DNA of 62,359 nucleotides, the filler included. It is 3 parts of 3 records of this genome, joined end to end, with 100 filler letters (N's around TTAATTAATTAA, not from the genome) between each part and the next. Parts side by side here need not be neighbours in the genome. Positions count along the whole stretch, not along the records: positions 31,115 to 56,983 come from SRR20825006_1465; 2 more parts are not named here. One strand, written 5' to 3'. The position numbers were made by a program, and so were the translations under genes. Every line of letters begins with the position of its first letter. The stretch's first letter is position 1. Below the pieces are notes generated by a model. That model saw only the letters and a program-made list of their open reading frames with translations. It had not been told where the DNA came from and searched no databases. Shown in pieces: positions 40,103 through 50,581 of the stretch.

Positions 40103-41131
40103 TTAATCCTGGGGTTGCACATTTTCACCACGAACGACAGCACGAATGAAGTCAAGCTTCATCAATAGCTGTTGCATGCCTACTTTATCTAAACGCTTCG
40201 TGTTGTGAGAGTTGTAGTCCTCTGCTTCCGAGATTTTCCGTTCACCTTCTTCCACAAACTTCCCATAGTTAAGATCTCGCAGATCTGGTGGTACCCGGAA
40301 GTAATCACCTAAATCCTCTGCTGCTGCCATTTCCTCACGGCTCAGTAACACTTCGAAAAGCTTTTCGCCATGTCGAGTTCCAATCTCACTGACGGCATGC
40401 CCCGGCATTTCCATAAGCTCAGCCAAGGCATATGCCAGGGTTTGAATCGTCGCAGCGGGCGCTTTCTGAACAAAAATGTCACCGGCAGTGCCGTGTTCAA
40501 ACGCATAGAGCACGAGATCCACAGCATCATCCAAAGACATCATGAAACGTGTCATGTTGGGATCTGTTATGGTTATCGATTCACCGGCTCTAATCTGATC
40601 TACAAACAATGGTATTACTGAACCTCGAGAGGCCATAACGTTCCCATACCGTGTAGCGCAAATAAGCGTATCATTAGCACTACGGGACTTTGCCACTACA
40701 ACCTTTTCCATCATCGCCTTAGATATGCCCATTGCATTGATAGGGTAAACAGCTTTATCAGTAGAAAGACAGACAACACGCTCAACCCCACTACTGATTG
40801 CCGCCTCTAACACGTTTTCGGTACCAATTACGTTTGTTTTGACTGCCTCCATAGGATGAAACTCACAAGAAGGCACTTGTTTCAGAGCCGCCGCATGGAA
40901 TATATAGTCTGCTCCTCGGGCTGAATTGAGAACAGACTGATAATCACGAACATCACCGATGTAAAATTTTAGTTTTGGCGACGCATACCGCTTTCGCATA
41001 TCATCTTGTTTCTTTTCATCCCGACTGAAAATGCGAATTTCCGAAACGTCGGTATTAATAAACCGATCCAATACCGCGTTACCAAAAGATCCAGTTCCAC
41101 CTGTAATCAATAAAACTTTATCCTTAAACAT
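40103..41131 (-). CDS. fnlA: UDP-GlcNAc 4,6-dehydratase/5-epimerase (FnlA/WbjB/CapE)
   Basis: TGGTGSFG, SRDEKKQDDMR, KQVPSCEF, RYGNVMASRGSV, GTRHGEK. Confidence 0.93.
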   Translation of the reverse strand: MFKDKVLLITGGTGSFGNAVLDRFINTDVSEIRIFSRDEKKQDDMRKRYASPKLKFYIGDVRDYQSVLNSARGADYIFHAAALKQVPSCEFHPMEAVKTNVIGTENVLEAAISSGVERVVCLSTDKAVYPINAMGISKAMMEKVVVAKSRSANDTLICATRYGNVMASRGSVIPLFVDQIRAGESITITDPNMTRFMMSLDDAVDLVLYAFEHGTAGDIFVQKAPAATIQTLAYALAELMEMPGHAVSEIGTRHGEKLFEVLLSREEMAAAEDLGDYFRVPPDLRDLNYGKFVEEGERKISEAEDYNSHNTKRLDKVGMQQLLMKLDFIRAVVRGENVQPQD

Positions 41132-41582
41132 AATCTTAACGAAACCTGTTAGATGCTTTTAATGTAGCCTATGGTTTAAATAAACACTCTCACCACTAAT
41201 AATGATGACGAAATTTCGGTCACGTTCTATGCGATACAATATCGAACATAACTCCAAGTGTCTCCTTGCTCTGTTTCTATTCAAACGAAATCTGAAACTT
41301 CTCGTTAAAATTAAAAACCTATTCTCAAACAACCAGGAACAGACGACCAGTCAGAAAAACCTACCGCTTAATAATGCTATCTCTTGCATAATGGATAATT
41401 ACTTAACCAGATCTATTTAAATTATTAATCCAGAAAAACAATAGCATCCATTTTTTAAAATAATACAGACGAAAATGATAAAAGAGAGTGGACAAAAAAA
41501 TCAGAAATTTGTTGTACTGTCACCCGATGTTCTCCCCGTCATAGAAGCCAAAAGCTACGTGCATTAAGACACTGTAGCGGAA

Positions 41583-42911
41583 TCACGGGGAAACACCACC
41601 GTTAAAACTGTTGATGCTATCGCTGACATCACTCACCTCCCATCGTTCTACAAATTGGTTATCGAACTCTGAAAACCAGCGATCGAAAAATCCAATTTTT
41701 CTGATAAAGCCTGTAGCTGGAACTCTTCTTGTGAGGCAGTATAGAGAGAATACGACTAAAACAGAAAGTGAAATAAACTTAGCCCTTAACAAACTTTTTA
41801 AGGGTACTTTAAAGCACTGGCGCTTTTTACTCTCTACAACTTGGCAAGCATATTGAACAATTTTTTCCGAAGCGATGGAACCGTCAATATTCTCATAATA
41901 TCGAGCAATATCATCATGTTTTAGCGGGAAGGGTTGATCTTCACCTTCTGAATTTAAGCACTCTAAAAAATCAGTTTTTTCAGTTATAAACGTTGCTTTT
42001 TTTAAAAGAACACTATCAAAATAATCCGGTAGCCTAACTGGCCGTAGTATTTGGTATTTCTTTTTCATATAGTGGGACTCAACAACCGTTGTGGAGTACC
42101 AGGAAAAGATTGAATCTGATGCCATAATCCACTGCTTAGCAGCCCCGAAAGAAATCACTCTAAAATTATCAAACTCCTTAGCTAAACTATATACTTTTTC
42201 TAGACTTAGTTCGTCAGGGTGTGGACGGTAGATAAAAAGTTTATCAGGATTCAGGCTCAGTGCATCTTTAAACCAATCCAGGATCTGGCCCCTCGATCTC
42301 GAGTGAATCTTAACAAATTCTCTAAGATTGGAGCCTGCGACAGACTCATTCATTCGGAGTCTATGCTCAGAAATGTCGGCATAGGTGAAGCTCGAGAGAA
42401 AAAGAACCCACTCTTTACTCTCATCCATTTCGAACTTCAAGGCTAAGCGTCGCTTATAAGCATCACAGAATTTATCATCGACTTGGCTAAGAACATCCAA
42501 ATGAGGCGCGCCGATCATGAGCAAATTCTGTGAAGGGACTCCAAATTCACTAAGTCGTTCGAAAGTTGTCTTGCCCCAACAGATATGGGAGGCATTCATT
42601 GCTATTCCTGAGGGATTATGGTGACCAAGCTTTTCCCATTTATCCGATAAGACCTGTTCATACTGCAGATTTATAATTGCCTTTGGTCTCCCGTATCGTG
42701 CTATGAGCCGGGCTACACTTAAGTCATTATATAGATGAGGAACAATTAATATATCAGGCGATCGGCCGAAAATATTAAAATCACACCCCTTATAAAACTG
42801 CGTAACTGAACAGTCAAAACCTACGTCAACAAGCATTTTCTGCAAAACAATCGCAGTTTCAAGCTCTCTATTTTTTCTCTCATAAACAAGAACAACTTTC
42901 CCTAAACTCAT
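41583..42911 (-). CDS. Surface carbohydrate biosynthesis protein, candidate nonulosonic acid transferase
   Basis: YE...RE, WG...G.P.LD, YRPHP motif typical of GT-B Kdo/sialyltransferase-like proteins; AT-rich. Confidence 0.65.
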   Translation of the reverse strand: MSLGKVVLVYERKNRELETAIVLQKMLVDVGFDCSVTQFYKGCDFNIFGRSPDILIVPHLYNDLSVARLIARYGRPKAIINLQYEQVLSDKWEKLGHHNPSGIAMNASHICWGKTTFERLSEFGVPSQNLLMIGAPHLDVLSQVDDKFCDAYKRRLALKFEMDESKEWVLFLSSFTYADISEHRLRMNESVAGSNLREFVKIHSRSRGQILDWFKDALSLNPDKLFIYRPHPDELSLEKVYSLAKEFDNFRVISFGAAKQWIMASDSIFSWYSTTVVESHYMKKKYQILRPVRLPDYFDSVLLKKATFITEKTDFLECLNSEGEDQPFPLKHDDIARYYENIDGSIASEKIVQYACQVVESKKRQCFKVPLKSLLRAKFISLSVLVVFSLYCLTRRVPATGFIRKIGFFDRWFSEFDNQFVERWEVSDVSDSINSFNGGVSP

Positions 42912-44196
42912 AGCAGCCTATAACCTTTTCCATAAAACAGTCTATTTATAGAACCCAAAATAAAAAAAGAAAAAACAATTAGGTTTAGATAAGAAAACCC
43001 ATAAGCAGGTATGACAGGAGAGAGTAACAGTATGAAACTAAGATAGATAAACAACCCAAGCTTCCAGCCGGTAAATCGAGAGCGCTCTTTCAGAAAAGTC
43101 AAACTCAACCCAAACAAAGCTCCAATAAATACAGATATAAAAGCTAAGCCTACGAAGCCAAAATCATAGTAAATCGCTGCAGGCAGAGAAACAAAAGCTC
43201 CTGCATCAGAAAAAACACCTTGATCAAGAGGCGCGCTTATTAGAGAGAGCCTAGCCAGCATAACGCTAAATGGATACAGAAAATAGCTTCCTGGCACCGA
43301 GTCCAAATCGCCAATAACTTGTGCTGTCCATTGACCATGACTTAAATAAGAAAGAATGTATATCGAAAGGAGTTCCGCCTCGGAACTTTCCTGTACTAAA
43401 TATCCCTCAACGAACTTGCCCTGAAGAGCGTTAGTCGCACGTGCAAGTAACGTACTTAGGTCAACGCTGCCCATCGACGCACTAGACTTTATGATTTCTG
43501 TAACGTAGATGAATGCTGGCACACTAAGCAAAGCGCCGATGAACAGCACTTTCATGAAAGTCTTGACATTAACTCGGCCACTCCTCAGAGAAAAAGCTAG
43601 AATCATGACAATTATTGCGAGTAGGATATTACTCCTCCCTCCATTGAGAGCAGCATGACTGAATATTACCAATAGAAATAAAATAGTGTAAAATGCAATT
43701 GATCTAGAAACAAAGTACCTAGAATTAGCAATAATCAAAAAGAGACCGACGTAACTAAATGGTATAAGAATATTTCCCATTATACTCACAAGCGACCCGC
43801 CATCACTTGCCAACCACTCATAACGTGCTGCTCGGAGCCCTTGGAGGTAACTTATACCTCTTATATAGATCCGATCATATGCCACCATTGCGATCCCTAC
43901 AAAGGACCCGGCGCAGCAATAAAAAGTGTTTCGCCGCAAGTTCTTTACTTCGCGCTCAGTAAATATTACTTCATGCCTTTTACTTTTTCCACCAAAATGC
44001 TAAATATCAATACAAGTGAGATAAATACGGAGTTTATTAAAATCAAAAATATGTAATTTTCAACCTGGGCCTTCACAGGAATAAATATAACAGTCAAGTA
44101 TATTAATACGTTAATCAACAAAAATAGAGAGTATATTTTTTTCGACTCTCGAGATAAAAAATTAACTTTGAGCCCGGAATCAGGTCGAAAAGGCAT
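42908..44196 (-). pseudogene. wzy: O-antigen polymerase Wzy, split by an apparent 1-nt frameshift (ORFs 43966-44196 and 42908-43999)
   Basis: Multi-TM and AT-rich, with GGRS and YYDFG.VG. The two hydrophobic ORFs overlap in different frames across homopolymer runs at 43984-43997. Confidence 0.65.
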
Positions 44197-44944
44197 CGTC
44201 GATAACCAGATTCTGACCACAAATATACTCAGAGAAACCAGATAGCAGAAATATCACCGATCCAACTACATCTTCTTTTTGCAACATCCCAGAAGATCGA
44301 CAATAGGATTTATAAGCTTCGACAAAGCGCGCATCTTGTTTGTCGAACACCCCTCCAGGGCTTACTGAGTTGACTCTGAATCGAGATCCTTTCATGAAAG
44401 CCGTAAAATATGAGCCGAGATGAATAAGAGCGGACTTCACTGCAGCATATTCGACCGGCATTGTCATTTCAGTATTATCATAGATATCGAACTTCGGTGC
44501 TATAGTTCCATATATCGAGGATATATTTACAAGGGAGAAGTTGTAATCGTTAAATTTTGCATAACGAGCACAAGTTTGCATGAAAATAAAATATCCTCCG
44601 AGGTGCAAACTTACGTTTTCACAGAAGTCTTCATACGTTACTTCGAGTGCTTTTCGCCCATAGTTTTTATTTCTTGGATAAGCGGCGTTTACTGCACCTG
44701 TTACCTGAAACTTAGACTCATCAGCAAAGGCAAAAACATGCTCTATAGATTTTTTGTTCGTTATATCTATTTGGCAAGTTAAAACACGGTCTTGTCCGAG
44801 TTCTTCCGCTAAAGGCGCCAACAGGGTTCTATCCATATCTGCGGCAATCACCCGACCTCCTTCCCGAACCACAGAGCGCACGATTTCGCGCCCAAGTAAC
44901 CCTCCGGCGCCAACAACCAAAATGACCTTATTTTCCAATAGCAT
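44180..44944 (-). CDS. SDR oxidoreductase, PtmA/ElaC-like
   Basis: GAGGLLG, NAAYPRNKNYG, SSIYG, MPVEYAAVKS, RVNSVSPGG. Confidence 0.85.
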   Translation of the reverse strand: MLLENKVILVVGAGGLLGREIVRSVVREGGRVIAADMDRTLLAPLAEELGQDRVLTCQIDITNKKSIEHVFAFADESKFQVTGAVNAAYPRNKNYGRKALEVTYEDFCENVSLHLGGYFIFMQTCARYAKFNDYNFSLVNISSIYGTIAPKFDIYDNTEMTMPVEYAAVKSALIHLGSYFTAFMKGSRFRVNSVSPGGVFDKQDARFVEAYKSYCRSSGMLQKEDVVGSVIFLLSGFSEYICGQNLVIDDAFST

Positions 44945-45629
44945 GCAGAGCCTCCGCGTAGAGCAATTCCGCGAATTTGAAATCCAGGCTGTCATCAATG
45001 TCTACAGCTCGATCTTTGGGGACGATGACGGATTTTACCCTTCCATCGAATAGCCCATTGTGCCCGTGAATGAACTCCTTTCTCAGAGCATAGGCTACGG
45101 TTGTCACATCAAATGCCTCGGGAGCGTCTTGTCGCCGGCTGTATCCACTTGATTGCGAAAGGATCCCGCATGTACCGTCCTTCTCCCTAGAAACCATGTT
45201 AAAGAATGGGCTCCTTGAGGCCGGTGTTACTGTAATTACGGCATCCGTATCTTTATCGAGCGCATTAATAGTGGCCTCGACATCCGTAACAGATCTCAAA
45301 GGACTCGTCGCTGGCAGGCTCAGGAACGTATCGAATTCCTCCCCTGCCTGCTCCAGATACCCGATGGCGTGCCGCCATGCCTCCCACTCTGGCGACTTGT
45401 CGCCTGCCAGTCCGGCTGGGCGGTCAATCACCTCTGCGCCATAGTGCTCGGCAACCTTCTTTATCTCAGCATCGTCCGTTGAAACAAACACTTTTGAGAC
45501 CTGCGGCAAGGCTTTCGCTACATTGATAGAATGCCCGATGAGTGGCACGCCACCCAGAGGCAGGAGATTTTTTCCGGGCAGGCCTTTTGACCCCCCTCTG
45601 GCGAATACGAATGCAAAAATACGGTTCAC
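44928..45629 (-). CDS. CMP-nonulosonic acid synthetase (NeuA/LegF/PtmB/ElaB-like)
   Basis: ARGGSKGLPGKN, STDD, ATSPLR, RRQD, DIDD..DF. Confidence 0.9.
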   Translation of the reverse strand: MNRIFAFVFARGGSKGLPGKNLLPLGGVPLIGHSINVAKALPQVSKVFVSTDDAEIKKVAEHYGAEVIDRPAGLAGDKSPEWEAWRHAIGYLEQAGEEFDTFLSLPATSPLRSVTDVEATINALDKDTDAVITVTPASRSPFFNMVSREKDGTCGILSQSSGYSRRQDAPEAFDVTTVAYALRKEFIHGHNGLFDGRVKSVIVPKDRAVDIDDSLDFKFAELLYAEALHAIGK

Positions 45630-46636
45630 GATATGGCCCTCACATCAACCCAAGCAGAGTGCTCGCTGGAAGCTCTGATAGATTCAATCAGCCGCATTAC
45701 AACTGAGGCGGAATCCAAGGACGAGCCAAACACTGCGTCTCCTTGAGCAAACCTGATAAACGCGTTCATTTGATCCATGTACATTTGGTTTCGGTCGTAA
45801 GTGGGGTCTGCATAAATCTTCTCGACAAGACCGTCTGGACGTAACAAGCTAATTTCATTGGCCATTAAGTCCCACAAAACGGTCCCTAGTTTTCCGACAG
45901 CCTTGAAACGCCGACAGGGTTGGCGCTGATTGAAATCTAGATGAACATGGACCATCAGCCCCCGTTCCAGTTCAAGCAGCGCGTCGACGTTGTCCTCTAC
46001 GTCGATATCCAGCTGCCCCGTGCTTCGGATGACACCCAGTGCCCGTGAAAACGGGCCAAAAAACCAGTTCAGGTAGTCAAGTTCGTGGCTCAGCTCCAGC
46101 AGAGCACCTCCGCCCAAATCCTTTCTCGCAGAGACACTCGATCGGTAGTCACTATCGGGTCGCCAGTCCGGTAGGTACTGTCCCACTTCGGCAAAGGCAG
46201 TGCTTATCGGGCCGACCACCCCATCGTCGAGAAGCGTTTTAACTTTGATTGCTGCGGGCATAAAGCGCAAATTGTAGGCTATGCCGATGCCCGCTGTGTG
46301 GCGGCTCAAATCAAACTGTTTCATTTCAGAAAATGAAACACATAAAGGTTTTTCGATCAGTACAGGCACTTGCGCCACCAACAGCTCATCGGCATTTCTG
46401 AGGTGAAAGGGAGCAGGGGAAGCCACAATCGCAAAATCCGGCTGCCGGCTTATCGCTGTGGACAAATCCGGCACCACTTCCGATGCACCGACTTCATTTT
46501 TATTCAATGGCCGACCAGATGAACTGACACACAAAACATCTGCATCCGGAAATTGCTCACGCAGGTTCCTAATATGCCGCTTTGCGATACTTCCGCTTCC
46601 CACTACCAGTGCCTGCCTTATCGGGTCAATACTCAT
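45626..46636 (-). CDS. Gfo/Idh/MocA oxidoreductase, PtmF/ElaA-like
   Basis: GSGSIA.RH, IEKP, GQYLPDWRP..DYR, GGGALLELSHELDY. Confidence 0.85.
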   Translation of the reverse strand: MSIDPIRQALVVGSGSIAKRHIRNLREQFPDADVLCVSSSGRPLNKNEVGASEVVPDLSTAISRQPDFAIVASPAPFHLRNADELLVAQVPVLIEKPLCVSFSEMKQFDLSRHTAGIGIAYNLRFMPAAIKVKTLLDDGVVGPISTAFAEVGQYLPDWRPDSDYRSSVSARKDLGGGALLELSHELDYLNWFFGPFSRALGVIRSTGQLDIDVEDNVDALLELERGLMVHVHLDFNQRQPCRRFKAVGKLGTVLWDLMANEISLLRPDGLVEKIYADPTYDRNQMYMDQMNAFIRFAQGDAVFGSSLDSASVVMRLIESIRASSEHSAWVDVRAIS

Positions 46637-47679
46637 AGGAGATCGACTTCTTTCTGCGCTTTCTTGAAGTCGTCCATTTTTCCGATATCCAGCCAGTATT
46701 CGTGCACTGGGAACATGGCTACTTTTTTCTCAAGGTCAATCTGCTTTTCCAGCAAACTGGGCATATCGATTCGTTCACCTGCACTTACAGCGCTGATCAG
46801 TTCTGGTGAGACAACGTAAATGCCGGCGTTGATAAAGCATTTCTGGAGCGGTTTTTCTTCCATGCTCTGGATGTAGGTGCCATCGGTTTGCACAACTCCA
46901 TAGGGCACCCTGTGTTTGTACTCACGCACACACATCGTTGCAACGCTGTTGTGTTCCAGGTGAAAATCCAGCAGCCCACGGTAGTTCACGGTAGTCAGGA
47001 GATCGCCATTCATCATGATCAATGGGCTGTCAATCTGGTCTTTTGGCAACAAACCGAGGGCTCCGCCTGTACCAAGAGGCTCTTCCTCATGAACATACTC
47101 TATATTCACACCCCACTGGGAGCCGTCGCCAAAGTGTTCACGAATCATGTCCGGCAGATAGTGGGTTGAAATGAAGAAGCGATAAAACCCAGCCTTTGCG
47201 AGACTCTCAAGTATCAACTCGAGAATGGGTTTGTCGCCTACCTTCAGCAGTGGCTTTGGGCATTCGTTGGTCAGTGGTTGTAACCTTGTCCCGAACCCGC
47301 CTGCCATAAGAAAAACCGGGTTTTCAACGGTTCGGCGTTCCATTAGCCCATGAAGTGTTTCCAGCCCCACAACACGACCTTCGGTGTCCAGCAGTGGGAT
47401 CTGCAGCAGTTCCAGGTCCTCCATAACGGACAGGATTTTATCCTTGGACCAACCAATATCCGCGACGTGGGGCGTGGCACACATCACGTCTTTTACCGGG
47501 GCGTCCAGCCGTACATGCTTCAACAGAGCACGGCGAATATCACCATCGGTCAGGGTGCCCAGCAATCGCTGGTTATCGGCCACGATCAAGGCAATCCTCA
47601 GCCCGCCTTTATCAAGAACGGAAATGGCGTCTTCCAGCGGTAGGTCCGGCTGAATGAGAATGTTCTGCCACTTTTTCAT
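46633..47679 (-). CDS. CBS-domain nucleotidyltransferase (PtmE/LegX/LgaF-like)
   Basis: TDGDIRR CBS pair; MAGGFGTRL.PLT...PKP; EPLGTGG; YWLDIG. Confidence 0.9.
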   Translation of the reverse strand: MKKWQNILIQPDLPLEDAISVLDKGGLRIALIVADNQRLLGTLTDGDIRRALLKHVRLDAPVKDVMCATPHVADIGWSKDKILSVMEDLELLQIPLLDTEGRVVGLETLHGLMERRTVENPVFLMAGGFGTRLQPLTNECPKPLLKVGDKPILELILESLAKAGFYRFFISTHYLPDMIREHFGDGSQWGVNIEYVHEEEPLGTGGALGLLPKDQIDSPLIMMNGDLLTTVNYRGLLDFHLEHNSVATMCVREYKHRVPYGVVQTDGTYIQSMEEKPLQKCFINAGIYVVSPELISAVSAGERIDMPSLLEKQIDLEKKVAMFPVHEYWLDIGKMDDFKKAQKEVDLL

Positions 47680-47724
47680 GTATTAAGTATTCCGTTTGAG
47701 AGAAGGGGTTCATTATCCGGGTGC

Positions 47725-48348
47725 TTATTGCACGTCTCTGGTCGTTAAGGACCCGGCTTTGATAAACGCTTGCGGCCCCACTGTGACTCCCTGGGTGACC
47801 GTGGCGCCAGCACCAACGAAGCTTCCGTTACCAATACGCACATCGCCGCACAGAGTGGCACCGGGGGCCAGATGACAATGGGCGCCCAGTTGAGTGTCAT
47901 GATCAATGGAGCTGAGCGTATTCACGATGGTATTCGCACCAATGCTTGCACCGGGTTGTACCACGGCCCCAGCTATCAGCTGTACTCCATCACTGATAGA
48001 CGCGTAAGGGGAAAGCCAGACAAATGGGTGTACCAGTGGCGGAAAACAGAAACCCATTTCGGTAAGCCGCTCGAACACGCCTTGGCGAACGCGGTTGCCG
48101 GGCATCATTCCGATTCCATTGAGTAGCAATACTTTTTCGGGGCTAACTTCAGAGAGGTACTCATCACCGCCTAAAACCTCCAAGCCATGCCAGAACTGAT
48201 CCCCCTCACCCTGGAACTTTGGGTCACAGACTCCGAGGATGCTGGCGCCACAAAGCTCCGCCAGCTCCTGAACAACCCGTGCATGTCCGCCAGCGCCAAT
48301 TAAAATGCAATCTTTTGCCCAAAGGTTGGCTACTTTCCTGCTGGTCAC
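47725..48348 (-). CDS. NeuD/PglD-type hexapeptide-repeat acetyltransferase
   Basis: GAGGHA, IDHD, hexapeptide repeats. Confidence 0.88.
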   Translation of the reverse strand: MTSRKVANLWAKDCILIGAGGHARVVQELAELCGASILGVCDPKFQGEGDQFWHGLEVLGGDEYLSEVSPEKVLLLNGIGMMPGNRVRQGVFERLTEMGFCFPPLVHPFVWLSPYASISDGVQLIAGAVVQPGASIGANTIVNTLSSIDHDTQLGAHCHLAPGATLCGDVRIGNGSFVGAGATVTQGVTVGPQAFIKAGSLTTRDVQ

Positions 48349-49409
48349 TCCGGCACATCTCCCTTTGCATAAGCTGCAGATGCTACTTCACCCACCATAT
48401 CCCAGAGCATCATTGGCGAAGCGCCTCGCCCGCAGCGAGCGGTCGACAACGCGTACCGCTCAATCCTTTCGCCTTTTCCGACGGTTTCGCAAAAAATCAC
48501 CTGCTGCCGCGCAGCCTTACGAGTATCCCATTCACTGGGCTGAGGCTTTTTGATGCCATCGCCGAGGGCTTGCTCAACGCCACGAATGTTGCTGACCAGT
48601 TCTTTGAGCTCATCGGGCTCAAGCGATGCCTTATGATCCGGGCCCGGTAGGTTGCGATCCAGCGTGAAGTGTTTTTCGATAATGGTGGCGCCCAATGCGA
48701 CCGCGGCGGTCGGTATGACCAGGCCCTGCGTGTGGTCTGAGTAACCAACGGGTAACCCGAACGCGTTTGCCAGTGCTCCCATCGCTTTCAGGTTTACTTC
48801 TTCCATGGGTGTCGGGTATTGGGAGGTGCAATGGAGCAACGATATCTTACCCACCAATGACGCCTGTACCCCCGGCTCGCTCCAGAAACGCAATATCTGC
48901 TCTAGGCTTTCCGGCTCCCCTTCGTGGGCGTAGCCGTAAGCGACCACGGCGAGCGCCTGTTCAATTTCGCTCAGTGTTGCCATGCCCGTGGATATAATCA
49001 GCTCCTTGCCGGTTTGTGCAAAGGCCAGCAGCAGGGGGCCATTGGTGATCTCCCCGGAGGGAATTTTGTAATAGGGAAGGTCCAGCGTTTGCAGAAACGC
49101 AAGGCTCTGCAAGTCAAAGGCCGTCGATATAAAAGTAATGCCAAGGTCGCTTGCATACCGCTGGAGTTCAACGTGCCATTCGGATGGCAACTCCAGCTTT
49201 TTGAGCATGGCGAACTGGCTTTCCAAGGAATCAGTGGTGGCCTGCTGGTACCTTGCCTTTGGGGCTGTGAGCGCAGCCAGCCGCTCAGCGTTGAAAGTTT
49301 GGAATTTAACGGCATCGGCACCGGAGTTCGCCGCCACTTTGACCAATTGAAGTGCCATCTCACGATCGCCGTTATGATTCACTCCGGCTTCTGCGATTAC
49401 TCTTACCAT
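48345..49409 (-). CDS. legI: N,N'-diacetyllegionaminic acid synthase (NeuB family)
   Basis: IAEAGVNHNG, KFQTF, KIPSGEITN, LHCTSQYP, GYSDHT, IEKHFTLDR..PGPDHKASL. Confidence 0.88.
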   Translation of the reverse strand: MVRVIAEAGVNHNGDREMALQLVKVAANSGADAVKFQTFNAERLAALTAPKARYQQATTDSLESQFAMLKKLELPSEWHVELQRYASDLGITFISTAFDLQSLAFLQTLDLPYYKIPSGEITNGPLLLAFAQTGKELIISTGMATLSEIEQALAVVAYGYAHEGEPESLEQILRFWSEPGVQASLVGKISLLHCTSQYPTPMEEVNLKAMGALANAFGLPVGYSDHTQGLVIPTAAVALGATIIEKHFTLDRNLPGPDHKASLEPDELKELVSNIRGVEQALGDGIKKPQPSEWDTRKAARQQVIFCETVGKGERIERYALSTARCGRGASPMMLWDMVGEVASAAYAKGDVPE

Positions 49410-49423
49410 TCGCTTTAATCCTC

Positions 49424-50581
49424 CTAGCGTTCGGAGAGGTCATGAAACACTTTGGCACCGGGCGGTTGCTGCTCACGCAAAAGCTCAACAATTCTCGCGG
49501 ATGTGTCACCGCTGCCATAGGGATTATCACAGGACTCTGAAACCTGTTTGGCCCGAGGTGATAAAGTCTGCTCAATGGCGTGGCTGATATCCTCTCGGGT
49601 TGTTCCGGAATGAATCACGGAATCCGCAGCAAGGCGCCCTTTCTGGCGGACGCCGATATTGACAGTTGGTGTTCTGAGTGAGGGTACTTCTATAACACCA
49701 CTGGAAGAATTGCCCACTACGGCATCGCAGAGAGCCACCGCACTCAGGTAGCACTGCATGCCCAGAGAGGGTACGGCGAACACTCTGCCAATGCGTTCAC
49801 TGGCATAGTGTTCAAGTATCTGAATCAGCCGGCGCCCACCGTTGTCTGAGTTGGGGTAAGTGAGCAAAACCTGATATTCCGGAAACTCATCCAGCGTCGT
49901 TAGCAGGTTTTCAAAAGTTTGCTCACTGTCTTCGTCCCCGGCAGTGACTGGATGGTACGTCACCAGAAAAAAAGGCTGCTTTAAATCAAGTTTGAACTTG
50001 TGGTTGATTGCGGCGAGGGGAACCCTCGGGACAGTCCGGATGTTTTCAATGCCCAGCGCACCAACGTTCCAGACGGTGTCCGGATGCTCGCCCATCTGTA
50101 TCACCCGCTGACGATATTCCTCTGAGGCAACAAAGTGATAGTGCGAGAGTTTGGTTATAGCATGGCGAATCGGATCATCGTAAGCACCTTCGGTGAGTTC
50201 ACCACCGTGCAGATGCGCAATAGGGATGCGCATGACCGCCGCAACCTGGGCAATCGCCAGAGCTTCGTAGCGGTCACCCAGTATCACCAGGCAATCCGGT
50301 CGCAGGCGTTCCAGTGCGTCCGCAAAACCGATCCCCCCTAACCCCATGGATTTGGCAACGCCACAGCTAGTGTCTGAGGCCAAGAGCATTTCTACCTTGG
50401 CATCAATAGCAAACCCGTCGGCCTCGATGGTCCGCCAGGTTTCACCGAACTGAGGCGAGAGGTGCATGCCGCTCACGATCAGTTGCATTGTCATCTCCGG
50501 GTGCCGCGCCAGCTTCATGAGTAGCGGGTGCAGTAAGCCATACTCGGCGCGGGTTCCGGTGAATACGGCGACTGTTTTCAT
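49424..50581 (-). CDS. legG: Hydrolysing NDP-diNAc-bacillosamine 2-epimerase (NeuC family)
   Basis: TGTRAEYGLL, GMHLSPQFG, LGDRYE, HGGE, RHAITK, GNSSSG. Confidence 0.88.
   Translation of the reverse strand: MKTVAVFTGTRAEYGLLHPLLMKLARHPEMTMQLIVSGMHLSPQFGETWRTIEADGFAIDAKVEMLLASDTSCGVAKSMGLGGIGFADALERLRPDCLVILGDRYEALAIAQVAAVMRIPIAHLHGGELTEGAYDDPIRHAITKLSHYHFVASEEYRQRVIQMGEHPDTVWNVGALGIENIRTVPRVPLAAINHKFKLDLKQPFFLVTYHPVTAGDEDSEQTFENLLTTLDEFPEYQVLLTYPNSDNGGRRLIQILEHYASERIGRVFAVPSLGMQCYLSAVALCDAVVGNSSSGVIEVPSLRTPTVNIGVRQKGRLAADSVIHSGTTREDISHAIEQTLSPRAKQVSESCDNPYGSGDTSARIVELLREQQPPGAKVFHDLSER

Noticed and set aside
48345-50581. Sialic acid (Neu5Ac) or pseudaminic acid pathway
   Set aside because: LegB, LegC and the CBS-nucleotidyltransferase point to the legionaminic route, and no PseG/PseH-type genes are present.
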